NCBI GenBank assembly: GCA_964291675.2
Contig: OZ219865.1
Coordinates: forward strand, 1-64,000
DNA length: 64,000 nucleotides
Source: Alphaproteobacteria bacterium
GTDB lineage: Bacteria; Pseudomonadota; Alphaproteobacteria; MPNO01
Direction: 5' to 3'
Position 1 is the stretch's first letter. Every line of letters begins with the position of its first letter. The notes under the pieces are model-generated. The model had not been told where the DNA came from and searched no databases. It was given only the letters and a program-made list of their open reading frames with translations. Below, in pieces: positions 9,895-19,119 of the stretch. The position numbers were made by a program, and so were the translations under genes.

Positions 9895-9990
9895 TAATCA
9901 TGACAGAGTTTGTGTGTTATGTTTGTGTTATTACGGCTTTTTTAGGTGTCTTTTCGGGGGTTTTGGGTGAATTCTGGTAAGCGGTGCGCC
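9895..9990 (-). promoter_or_regulatory. AT-rich putative promoter region of the adhesin
   Basis: Locally AT-rich with tandem GTTTGTG(TG)TTAT repeats upstream of the adhesin start; no boxes assigned. Confidence 0.35.
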
Positions 9991-10128
9991 CGCCCCACTC
10001 TTGATTTTCGCCTGCCGCGCCTCGGGGTCAATGCGAAGAGGGCGTGTATGAGCGGATCAAGTGCTGGTCGATTTGCGTCAGGACTGCGGGACGGCGATGA
10101 CTTCAGCGCAGGCGCAGGGGCCTGCGGG

Positions 10129-11068
10129 GTGCGCTATCGACAGGGTAAGCCCTGGAAAGGGGGATGACATGCACTGAAACCTTTCGTCGCGACCCAGCGG
10201 GTTCGACTCCCGCCCGGCAAAGGCGCAGCCCGCCAGCCGGAAGCGAGTCTTGCACGGCAGCCGGCAACGGTTGTCGTGAAGCGTAGACAGCGGGTGGTGA
10301 AGCGGCTCGGTAAGCCTCGAAATCATGGAGACCGACGACGCCCTTGGTGTGTTGGGCCTGGGGGCAGCACCGGAAGCACCGCATCGGGCGAGGTGCGACG
10401 GGTCGTCCGGGGTCTTGGAAAGGCGCAGAGCCACGGGATGGGTCGCCAGGGAACCTGTGAGGTCCTGTTCTTGCCCATGAGGAAAACCGCTGGAAGGGGA
10501 CGGCCAGCGTGACCAACAAAGACCCCGGCCCGGCGACTGACCTGCGCATCGCCAGGAGCGCGTGAGCGGACACGAAGAGGCAGGAACCCGTGGACCCGGC
10601 TGGCGAAACCATAAGCCGAAGGGCATGCGGAACAGGAAGTCGTAGCGCCTTCATAGTACCGCTGACGGCGGGGAACCGTGGCCATCGGGACCCGTCCGAG
10701 GAAAGGGAGGCGTCACATGTCCAGACCCATTGATGGGAAACGATGGAGGAGACACTGAGCTCCACGACCACGTCAACGAAACAGCAGTGGATAGCCGAAC
10801 AGGCGAGGGAGCACCCGGAGCGGGTGTTCACGTCTCTGCACCACCTGATCGACGGCGAGTGGATACGCGAAGCGTATCGCCGGACGCGCAAGGATGGGGC
10901 GACGGGCATCGACGGCGTGACGGCTGCCGACTATGAGAAGGACCTTGAGGCCAATCTTGATGACCTTCTGGACCGGATCAAATCGGGCCGCTACCGCGCG
11001 CCGCCGGTGCGACGGCACTTCATCCCGAAAGCGGACGGAACGAAACGGCCTCTCGGCATCCCGACGTT
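10129..11068 (+). mobile_element. Group II intron, 5' portion only (DI-DIII and start of RT ORF)
   Basis: Starts with GTGCG at 10129; conserved AGCGAGTCTTG, AAGCGTAGACAG and GAAGTCG...CATAGTACCG...GGGGAAC...GAGGAAAGGG segments; RT ORF follows; DV/DVI absent. Confidence 0.85.
10743..11068 (+). pseudogene. ltrA: Group II intron reverse transcriptase/maturase, N-terminal fragment
   Basis: FTSLHHLID...[15 protein letters not shown]...[25 protein letters not shown] (RT0-RT2), interrupted by IS21 before the YADD motif. Confidence 0.9.
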
Positions 11069-11373
11069 TGCGGATTCCTACGGACTTGACGGCGGATTCC
11101 TATTTTACTTGACCGCGATTCCTGGCACTTGACCGCCAGGGCGGTGGCGTTTGTCAGTCTCTCCCGGGTGTTGCCGTAGGGGTTCTCCGTTGCTGGTTGG
11201 GGGCTGGCCGGAGGTCAGCCCGGTGCGAGCGTAAGCGAGCCCTCGCCGTCATGCAAAGGCCTGTCGGGCGCGGCGGCGAGCTCCCTCATTCAGCACGCCG
11301 CCGCGCGCGCCTGTGTTGCCACCGGGGACGGCGCCGCAGGCGCCCATGGACCCGGCCGCCAGGCCGGGCCCCC

Positions 11374-12135
11374 TCACTTGTCGTTGCCGCCGTCGAGCGG
11401 CGGCGGCCTGTTGCGCTTGCGCTGGGATTCGCCCTTGAGGTCGATGCGGTAGGCGTTGTGGACGATTCTATCGAGGACCGCGTCGGCGATCGTGGGTTCT
11501 CCGATCACCTCGGGCCAGCGCTCCACGGGTATCTGACTGGCGATCAGGATGGACTTGCGTCCGTGTCGCGCCTCGGCGATCTCCAGCAGGTCGCGCCGGC
11601 CCTCGGTAGAGAAGCCTTGCAGCCCCCAGTCGTCGAGGACCAGCAGGTCGACCCTGGCGAGGCGTCCCATCAACCGGGCGTGGGTGCCCTTGTCGCGGGC
11701 GCGGTCCAGCGCCGTGACCAGCTCGGGGACGCGGCGGTAGAGCACCGACTGCTTCTGGCGGCAGGCCTGGTGGGCGAGCGCGCAGGCCACGAATGTCTTG
11801 CCCGATCCCGTTGCGCCGAGCAGGACGAGATTGACGGCCTGTCGGATCCAGTCGCCGGCGGCGAGCTGGGTGAGCGTGGTTCGGGCGATGCCGCGCCCGG
11901 CGCGGCAGTCGACGTCCTGGATGTCGGCGCGGATGCGCAGCTGGGCCTGGCGCAGGTGGCCGAGATAGCTCCTGTGCTCGCGGTGCTCGGCCTCGCGCTC
12001 GATCAGCATGGCGAGGCGGTCGTCGAAGCCGAGCCGCTCGATGTCGGGGACGTCCTTCTGCTCCTCAAGCGCCTCGGCCATGCCGGTGAGGCCGAGCTGC
12101 AGCATGCGTTCGATATTGGGCTGTCGCAGGGTCAT
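11374..12135 (-). CDS. istB: IS21 helper ATPase IstB
   Basis: MTLRQPNIERML...; Walker A GATGSGKT, LLVLDDWG, IADAVLDRIVHNAYRIDLKGES; ATGA overlap with istA. Confidence 0.95.
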   Translation of the reverse strand: MTLRQPNIERMLQLGLTGMAEALEEQKDVPDIERLGFDDRLAMLIEREAEHREHRSYLGHLRQAQLRIRADIQDVDCRAGRGIARTTLTQLAAGDWIRQAVNLVLLGATGSGKTFVACALAHQACRQKQSVLYRRVPELVTALDRARDKGTHARLMGRLARVDLLVLDDWGLQGFSTEGRRDLLEIAEARHGRKSILIASQIPVERWPEVIGEPTIADAVLDRIVHNAYRIDLKGESQRKRNRPPPLDGGNDK

Positions 12136-13721
12136 GGTGTCGCTCCGTCGTTTCCGTAGTAATCGCCGCCGCGGATGTTGTCGTGGCCGGGGATGGTCTC
12201 CCTGGCTTGCACGCGGCGCCGATCGGGGCCGCCGCCGTGCTTGATGCGCTCCCTGAGGAAGCCCGAGGCGAGGCGGTTGAGATCGAGGGCCTCGGCGCAG
12301 AGCGCGTCGAGGCGCGCGTCGTCGTGGTCTTCGGCGAGGCGGATCATCCCCTGCACGGTGGCGAAGGCCTGTTCGGGGAAGTCGCGCGAGGCGAAGCAGC
12401 GCTCGGCCCAGGCCGCGGCGTTCGGGCCGATCTTGCGGGCGCGCTCCAGCAGGATGTCGCCGTAATCGGGCTCGCGGATGTCGCGCACCGCCCTGAGACG
12501 GTCGGGCATGTGCTCGGGCTCGGTGGCGTACTGGTTGCGCCCGCTCTTCAGCCGGTGGACGGCGATCCGCTCGCCGCCCTTGTCCAGGAAGAGCTCGACC
12601 ATGCGCTCGCCGACCCGGGCGTGGATCTTGCGGCCGATATGGCGCTCCGGCGCGGAGTAGTGATTGCGGGCGATGCGGACGTGGCAGTTGGGCCCGACCT
12701 TCCGCTCGATCCACTCGCCCCATTCCCAGGGGTTCCGGGGCAGCGGCTTGAGGAGTGTCCGCTCGCCTGCTTCGAACAGCGCGCGCCGGGTCTCGCCGCA
12801 CGCCATGGGGGCTTCGTTCAGCCGGTCGAGCTCGCGCCGGATCGCGGCGTTCATCGCGTCCAGCGAGAAGAAGGTCTCGTGACGCAGCACCAGCAGGATG
12901 CGCGACTGGACCGCCCCGACGCAGGCCTCCACGAGCCCCTTGTCGGTCGCTCGCCCCGAGCGCGCCGGCAGCACGGCGACGCCGTAGTGCTGGGCGAACT
13001 CGCGGAAGCTCGGATTGAGCCGGGGCGCCTCGCGGTCCGGCTTGTCGACGCCGGCCTTGAGGTTGTCGATGATCCAGCGCCCGGGGACGCCGCCGAAGTA
13101 CTCGAAGGCGCGGCGATGCGCCATGATCCAGTGACGCACGCGCTGGTCGGGCACCGCCTCGGCATAGATCAGGTTCGAATGCGCCAGCACGGCGACGAAG
13201 ATCTCGACATCCTTCTCGCCGCGGCCGGTCCTCAGCGCCAGCGTCTTGCCGGAGAAGTCGGACAGGCCCCAAAGACCCGGCGCATAGTGGAAACGCATCT
13301 GCGCCGGCTCGGGCCGGCTCCCCAGACGCTCGCCGAGCAGCGCGCAGAACCGGCTGTAGGTATAGGGCTTGCCCTCCTGGGCCAGCGCCTCGTCGCGGTA
13401 CTCGACCCAGAGCTGGCGCCGCGTCAGCCGGGCGCGGCGGCGCTTGCGCGGCGCGGTGAGCGCTTCGATGACCGCATCCCAGTCCGGCTGAACCCGGTCG
13501 CCGTCCGGATCCGGCGCCGGGTAGAGCCGCGCGCGAAGCGCCGCATCGTCGAGATCGTCCGGCAGCGGCCAGGACAGACCCGCCGCCGCGGCACGGGCAA
13601 GCACATGCGAGACCGTCCCCGTGCTCACCCCGACCGCGGCCGCGATCTGCGCCCGAGGCAGCGCAAGATCGTGGCGGTGCCGCAGAATGTCCTTGATCTT
13701 CATCGTGCCGGTCCTCTTCAT
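12132..13721 (-). CDS. istA: IS21 transposase IstA
   Basis: N-terminal HTH, YSRFC, DFSG, FGGVPGRWIIDNLKAGV, DKGLVE, NHYSAP; start may be at 13703. Confidence 0.95.
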   Translation of the reverse strand: MKRTGTMKIKDILRHRHDLALPRAQIAAAVGVSTGTVSHVLARAAAAGLSWPLPDDLDDAALRARLYPAPDPDGDRVQPDWDAVIEALTAPRKRRRARLTRRQLWVEYRDEALAQEGKPYTYSRFCALLGERLGSRPEPAQMRFHYAPGLWGLSDFSGKTLALRTGRGEKDVEIFVAVLAHSNLIYAEAVPDQRVRHWIMAHRRAFEYFGGVPGRWIIDNLKAGVDKPDREAPRLNPSFREFAQHYGVAVLPARSGRATDKGLVEACVGAVQSRILLVLRHETFFSLDAMNAAIRRELDRLNEAPMACGETRRALFEAGERTLLKPLPRNPWEWGEWIERKVGPNCHVRIARNHYSAPERHIGRKIHARVGERMVELFLDKGGERIAVHRLKSGRNQYATEPEHMPDRLRAVRDIREPDYGDILLERARKIGPNAAAWAERCFASRDFPEQAFATVQGMIRLAEDHDDARLDALCAEALDLNRLASGFLRERIKHGGGPDRRRVQARETIPGHDNIRGGDYYGNDGATP

Positions 13722-13921
13722 CGCGCCCCCGCCTGCTCGATCCGATCGAGCGATCGATCAGGCAGGGTCGGGAGAGAATCGGCACCTCGGACGGCTCGTC
13801 GGACGCCGCCCGGCAATGGCCCGTCAGGCCAGGTCCAGAGCCTCGGCCCGGACCGTCAAATGCTCAGGAATCGCGGTCAAATCCCGTAGGAATCGCGGTC
13901 AAATCCGCCAGGAATCTGCAC

Positions 13922-14203
13922 ATTCGATGCGATGGCGGCGAATCACCAGACGAGGACCGGTGCAAATACGACAAGTATGTTGCGGGCCTTTACAACACCC
14001 GCGGTCCAGACAATCTTGCATCTGCCCCTGATTTCGAACCCATACTTTCCATCCAAGAGAAGAGCAATTTCTTGAGAATTCTGGTGCAATTCGAATACGG
14101 GAACCGGCGAGACCCGTCTTACAATCCCGTGTCAGCGACCATCGAGCGGATCATACCCCTTGACCAAGTCACCCTTGAGATTGTCCGCGCCACCAAGCCG
14201 TAG
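13922..14203 (+). pseudogene. C-terminal remnant (93 codons) of an unknown low-GC gene truncated by IS21
   Basis: Open frame from the IS end: IRCDGGESPDEDRCKYDKYVAGLYNTRG...IERIIPLDQVTLEIVRATKP-TAG; no start codon. Confidence 0.4.
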
Positions 14204-14644
14204 GCGGAGCAGACCCTGGAACTTCGCCTCCAGCCAGATATCATCCAAAGATCTTCGAGAGGGAAAAGTATAAGAGAAATCGGGATACTGAAGACGGCAC
14301 TAGGAATGCAACACTGATGCCCAATGGCCGTCCAACACGTCGCTCAATGGTATTCCCGAGGCGTCGCCGACTGTCCTCAGCTATCGTCAGCGAGTCGCTT
14401 CGCCTCCGGGGGGTCGATCAGATCAATCCGTGACAAGAAAATAGAATGAGACGCAGCACCCGCTGGACAAAGGTTTACTCTGGACTTTCAATGCTCTCTG
14501 GCCGCCATCGCTACCGCGGCAACTCATTCTCCAGCCGACATGTCAAATTAGACCGCGTTTAGTTGAGTATGTGTTGACAAAGCAATTTGTAACGGAGTGG
14601 TGCGGATTACACGTGTTGCTAACCCTTTACTTTATATGAAGAAA

Positions 14645-15214
14645 TCAGGCTTCTGAAGTCACGCACGACGACAAATCCGCGAAAGCGAACATCTTGACCA
14701 GAATGTCGGCCGCCCGGTTGGCGACGGTCGGCATGTGGTGCAGGCTGTTGTGGAAGGCGAGGATGTCCTTGTACTCGACGTCCGCGACGCGAAGCTCGCC
14801 GAGGGCCGGCACGATATGCTTGCGCAGCATGAGGCGGTAATGCGAGATGGTGGCCGGCTTGCAGTGCATCGCCACGTATTCGCGCTCGTAGCGCTCAGCG
14901 AGGTCGGCGACGGTCGGGTCGGGCGCGGGCTCTGGCGGAACCGGCGGCTCTCCGGCCTTGATGCGCGCGATGAAGTCGGTGGCTTTCCTGCGGGCATGGT
15001 CGACGGAGAAGTCGGTGTCGCCATGGGTCCCGAGGCTGACGCGCTTCGAGCGGCCGAAGGCGCGCGTCTGGACGACGAAGACCTTCTTGCCGGAGGGGTA
15101 CACTCGGACGCCGAAGCCGGGAAGTTCGTTGTCCCAGAAGACGGCATCCTTGCCGTTGACCGAGAGACGGTCCACGGTGCGCTTGGTGAGGGTGCGGTAC
15201 TGGCGTTCGGACAT
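14645..15214 (-). pseudogene. Truncated tyrosine integrase (arm-binding + core-binding domains only)
   Basis: LTKRTVDRL...FWDNELPGFGVRVYPSGKKVFVVQ, PTVADLAERY, PTVANRA; ends before the catalytic R-H-R-Y domain. Confidence 0.85.
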
Positions 15215-15463
15215 GGTGCGGCGGTCCTTCGGGGCGGCTTCTGCGCGGCGATTTTCGGTAGCAGGGCCGTAAGCGCACAGAAAGCATGGTGACGGCAACA
15301 ATGGACGTGTGGTCTGACGGCCTCATCGCTGGCTTGGCAAGGTAGAGGACAGTGTAGTGATGTCGAATAGTCCCGTCAAGACAATCACTTATCGCACGTC
15401 ATCGCCCTCTGGGGGCGGCATGCGACGACGGGTGAAACGGGGCCGAATCGGCCTCAGAATTGG

Positions 15464-15898
15464 ATGTATCTAATGGACACCAACGTGATCTCCGAGTTGA
15501 TGCGGCCGACGCCACAGCCCGCGGTCATGGCGTGGTTCTCCGGGCAGGACTCGGCCGAACTCTACCTGACCGCCGTCGGCGAAGCGGAGCTCCGCGCAGG
15601 CGCGGCGGTCCTGCCGGCGGGCCGACGCCGCGACCGCCTCGCCGCCGAGATCGACGCCGTGGTCCGGGAGGATTTCGCCGGCCGCGTGCTGCCCTTCGAC
15701 AGCGCGGCCGCCCGGGCCTATGCGAACATTGCTGCCGCGCGCCGGTCCGAGGGCCGGCCGATTCTGGCGGCCGATTGCCAGATCGCAGCCATCGCCCGTG
15801 CCCACGACGCCGCGGTGGCGACCCGCAATGTCTCCGACTTCGAGCATTGCGGTATCGCGGTGATCGACCCTTGGGCGGGAGACCGGGCGGCTCCGTGA
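15464..15898 (+). CDS. vapC: PIN-domain toxin VapC (FitB/StbB-like)
   Basis: YLMDTNVISELMR, AELRAG, ADCQIAAIA, ATRNVSDF; acidic PIN residues intact. Confidence 0.9.
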   Translation: MYLMDTNVISELMRPTPQPAVMAWFSGQDSAELYLTAVGEAELRAGAAVLPAGRRRDRLAAEIDAVVREDFAGRVLPFDSAAARAYANIAAARRSEGRPILAADCQIAAIARAHDAAVATRNVSDFEHCGIAVIDPWAGDRAAP

Positions 15899-15917
15899 TC
15901 GCTCCTGCGCGGCGGCG

Positions 15918-16787
15918 TCATGCCTCATCCTCGCCCCGGTCTGCCTCGCCGAAGAACAGTCTGCGCTCGATGACGATGCCGGCGGAACCGGACAGCGCCG
16001 CGGCGAGGGCGGCGAGCGCCGCGCGCCAGGGGGCCGCTTCCATCGCCGCCATGGTGCACACCAGCGGCACGGCGAACAGCAGCACGAACGCGTAGCGCCG
16101 GAGCCTCACGGCATGCGCGCGGGCGATCCGGCAATCCAGCTCCCGCGCCAGATGGCGCGTCTCGTCGTCGTTCCCGCCCGGGCCGGCCGCGACGGCGTCG
16201 ATGTGACGCCAGTACCGGCGCTTGAGGTAGAAGGCGAGGAACAGGGTCAGCACCGCGATCAGCGCGGCGTCGGGGCTCGGGCGGCCGTAGGCGTGGAGCA
16301 GCGCGTTCAGCCACAACGCGCCGGCGAACCCGGCGAGCGCGAGGAAGAGCGGCACCGTCCAGCGGTTGCACCACGCGTGGACCGGCTCGACCGTCGCGTA
16401 GATCATGGCCGTCGCATGGACCGCGAACCCCGCCAGCACGGCGGCGGCGATCCCGCATACGCGCCAGACGCCGTCGACCTCGCCGTAGCCGATCCAGCCG
16501 ACGGCGAACGGCCCGGCGGCCGCGCAGGCGGCGACAGCCAGCGCGCCCGCGCGAGCCGACCGGCTCGTCCGCCATTGGGCCAGCGCCGCGAATGCGCCCC
16601 CCGGTTGGCCCGGATGATGGCGCCACGCCGCAAGCCCCAGGGCAACGGCTCCCACCGCGAGGCCCAGCGCCGCCGCGCCGAACCAGCGATCGGAGGGAAT
16701 CGTCGCCCCGCTCGCGAAGACGCCGAGCAGGACCAGCAGCCCGCAGCCCGTGCCGGAGGCGGCGGTGAAGAGGATCGCTGCGCCCAT
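15918..16787 (-). CDS. DmsC/SoeC-like membrane anchor subunit (divergent)
   Basis: ILFTAASGTG.GLL, HATAMIYATVEPVHAW, IERRLFFGEA; ~8 hydrophobic helices; start uncertain (16787 or 16871). Confidence 0.7.
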   Translation of the reverse strand: MGAAILFTAASGTGCGLLVLLGVFASGATIPSDRWFGAAALGLAVGAVALGLAAWRHHPGQPGGAFAALAQWRTSRSARAGALAVAACAAAGPFAVGWIGYGEVDGVWRVCGIAAAVLAGFAVHATAMIYATVEPVHAWCNRWTVPLFLALAGFAGALWLNALLHAYGRPSPDAALIAVLTLFLAFYLKRRYWRHIDAVAAGPGGNDDETRHLARELDCRIARAHAVRLRRYAFVLLFAVPLVCTMAAMEAAPWRAALAALAAALSGSAGIVIERRLFFGEADRGEDEA

Positions 16788-16960
16788 GCGCTCTCGCTCT
16801 GGAATCGCGGCCAATCCGGGCTCCCGTCCGCGCGTCGGCGAAGCAATAGGGGCACCGGCCGGCCCGGTCAATTTGCCGCGCCCCGCAAAGGAGGATCAAA
16901 GCCGGGCGCGCATTGTTGTAGAATTGCCGTCTTTCCAGCCGTGCCGGAAGGTTTGGTCCC

Positions 16961-17824
16961 GTGACGCCGACCGTAGATTCGTTCTTCGACCCCAAGACCA
17001 ATTCGATTTCCTACATCGTCTCCGACAGCGCGACCGGGCATGCGGCGGTCGTCGATCCGGTGCTCGATTTCGATCCCGTGGCGGGCCGGACCTCCACCGA
17101 ATCCGCCGACCGGTTGATCGCCGCCGTCGAACGCGGCGGGTTCTCCGTCGACTGGATCCTCGAGACCCATGTGCATGCCGATCACATCAGCGCCGCGCCC
17201 TATGTCCAGGGAAAGCTCGGCGGCCGGACCGGCATCGGCACGGGTGTCATGGCAGTGCAGAAGACTTTCGGGTCGCTGTTCAATATCGAGCGCGACCTCG
17301 CCGCCGAGGGGGCCCAGTTCGACCGCCTGTTCGCCGACGGCGACGCATTGGCGGTCGGCGAAGTCGTCGGGCGGGTGCTGCATACGCCCGGACACACCCC
17401 GGCCTGCGCCTGCTACGTGTTGGGCGATGCGGCGTTCGTGGGCGATACGCTGTTCATGCCCGATTCGGGCACGGCGCGGGCGGATTTCCCCGGTGGCTGC
17501 GCCGAGGCGCTCTACGAGTCGCTCTGCCGGATCCTGGCCCTGCCGCCGGAGACGAGGCTGTTCATGTGCCACGATTACGGCGCCGGCGGCGCGCGCGACG
17601 TCGCCTGGGAGACCACCGTCGCGGAACAGCGGCGCAGCAACATCCATTGCCGCGACGGGGTGAGCCGCGAGAGCTTCGTCGCCGCGCGCACCGCCCGCGA
17701 CGCCGAGCTCCCGGTGCCGCGGCTGATGGTGCCTTCCGTCCAGGTCAATATTCGCGGCGGGCGCCTGCCGGCGCCGGAGAGCAACGGCCAGCGGTATCTC
17801 AAGGTGCCGATCGATGTGCTTTAG
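16961..17824 (+). CDS. MBL-fold persulfide dioxygenase (ETHE1/Blh-like)
   Basis: WILETHVHADH, HTPGHTPAC, GDTLFMPDSGTARADFPGG, CHDY, YLKVP. Confidence 0.9.
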   Translation: MTPTVDSFFDPKTNSISYIVSDSATGHAAVVDPVLDFDPVAGRTSTESADRLIAAVERGGFSVDWILETHVHADHISAAPYVQGKLGGRTGIGTGVMAVQKTFGSLFNIERDLAAEGAQFDRLFADGDALAVGEVVGRVLHTPGHTPACACYVLGDAAFVGDTLFMPDSGTARADFPGGCAEALYESLCRILALPPETRLFMCHDYGAGGARDVAWETTVAEQRRSNIHCRDGVSRESFVAARTARDAELPVPRLMVPSVQVNIRGGRLPAPESNGQRYLKVPIDVL

Positions 17825-17839
17825 CCCGGGGGAACGGCG

Positions 17840-18766
17840 ATGACGACCCTGCTCTATCACCACGCGAGCTCGGAACGGCACGACACCGGGCAGGGCCATC
17901 CCGAGCGTCCCGACCGCATCCGCGCGGTGATCGAGGCGCTCTCGGCCGAGGCCTTCGCCGGGCTCGACCGGCGCGAGGCGCCCGAGGCCGAGAGCGGCCA
18001 GCTCGCGCGGGCGCATGCGCCCGGCTTCGTCGAGGCGCTGCTCGACGCGGTGCCCCGGGAGGGAAGGGTGCGGGTGGACGCCGATACCGTGATGTCGGCC
18101 GATTCGGGCGAGGCGTCGCTGCGCGCGGCGGGGGCCATGGTCGCCGCCGTGGAGGCGGTGATGGGCGGCGAGGCGGACAACGCGTTCTGCGCCGTGCGCC
18201 CGCCGGGACACCACGCCGAATCCCGGCGCAGCATGGGTTTCTGCCTGTTCAACAACGTCGCCGTCGGTGCGCTGCATGCGCGCGAGGCGCTCGGCGCCGA
18301 CCGGGTGGCGGTGGTCGATTTCGACGTCCACCACGGCAACGGAACCCAGGCGATCTTCTGGTCCCACCCCTCGCTGTTCTTCGCCTCGACGCATGAATTT
18401 CCGCTCTACCCCGGGACCGGCCGGGCCGAGGAGACGGGCTGCGGCAACATCGTCAACGTGCCGCTCAAGCCCGGCTCCGGTTCGGCCGAGTTCCGCGCCG
18501 GCATGGAAGGCGCCGTGTTGCCGGCGCTGCGCCGGTTCTCGCCCGATCTGATCCTGGTCTCGGCCGGCTTCGACGCCCATGAGAGCGACCCGCTGGCGAC
18601 GCTCAGGCTGGTGGAGGACGACTATGCATGGGCGACCGAGCGGCTCTGCGGGATCGCCGAGGAGGTCTGCGGCGGGCGCCTGGTGGCGACGCTCGAGGGC
18701 GGCTACGACCTCGACGCGCTGGCGGCCAGCGTCGCCGCGCATGTCGGCGTGCTGATGCGCGCGTGA
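17840..18766 (+). CDS. Histone deacetylase-family amidohydrolase
   Basis: HPERPDR, RPPGHHA, GFCLFNN, DFDVHHGNGTQ, SAGFDAH, LEGGY. Confidence 0.93.
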   Translation: MTTLLYHHASSERHDTGQGHPERPDRIRAVIEALSAEAFAGLDRREAPEAESGQLARAHAPGFVEALLDAVPREGRVRVDADTVMSADSGEASLRAAGAMVAAVEAVMGGEADNAFCAVRPPGHHAESRRSMGFCLFNNVAVGALHAREALGADRVAVVDFDVHHGNGTQAIFWSHPSLFFASTHEFPLYPGTGRAEETGCGNIVNVPLKPGSGSAEFRAGMEGAVLPALRRFSPDLILVSAGFDAHESDPLATLRLVEDDYAWATERLCGIAEEVCGGRLVATLEGGYDLDALAASVAAHVGVLMRA

Positions 18767-18867
18767 CGGGAACCCGGCCGGCGGCGGGACCGTTTCTCAG
18801 AAAATAATGTTAGGTTGCCGCCTAGAGGCATGAAACAAAATTATAATTATTGAATCGGGATGCCGAA

Positions 18868-19119
18868 ATGGCAGATACTAAGACGAGCGAAGACGTAAAG
18901 AACCTGTCCTTTGAGGACGCCTTGGAGCAGCTTGAGGCCATCGTCCGCACGCTCGAAGGAGGCGAGGCCAGGCTCGACGACGCCATCGGCGCCTACGAGC
19001 GCGGCATTGCCCTGAAGACCCATTGCGAAGCCAAGCTGAGCGAGGCCAGGGCGCGCATCGAGAAAATCTCCTTCCAGGGATCGGAGCCGGCGGGGGTGGA
19101 GCCTGCGAATATTGACTGA
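18868..19119 (+). CDS. xseB: Exodeoxyribonuclease VII small subunit
   Basis: LSFEDALEQLEAIVRTLEGG...YERG; canonical xseB-ispA-dxs-tlyA order. Confidence 0.95.
   Translation: MADTKTSEDVKNLSFEDALEQLEAIVRTLEGGEARLDDAIGAYERGIALKTHCEAKLSEARARIEKISFQGSEPAGVEPANID

Larger units (their letters stand above)
11069..13920 (-). mobile_element. IS21-family insertion sequence
   Basis: TG...CA ends with IRs TGCGGATTCCT (11069) / AGGAATCTGCA (13920); multiple subterminal TTGACCGCGATTCCT-type repeats at both ends; istA-istB inside; no target duplication visible. Confidence 0.93.

Noticed and set aside
10185-10220. tRNA-like T-arm GCGGGTTCGACTCCCGC
   Set aside because: Lies within group II intron domain I; no acceptor stem, D arm or anticodon arm can be built.
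4044-11068. Diversity-generating retroelement acting on the adhesin
   Set aside because: The RT is group II intron type, embedded in intron RNA and truncated before the catalytic motif; no TR/VR pair with adenine-specific mismatches seen.
11374-13785. 803-aa IstB with long N-terminal extension
   Set aside because: Extension is the off-frame reading of istA; istB starts at 12135 with an ATGA overlap.
15400-15422. tRNA 3'-end-like att site (CCCTCTGGGGGCGGCA) near the integrase
   Set aside because: Too degenerate, no T-loop or CCA, and no second copy in the window.
18810-18850. sigma70 promoter for xseB (perfect TATAAT at 18842-18847)
   Set aside because: Likely a promoter region, but no -35 hexamer at 16-18 bp spacing, so not called.
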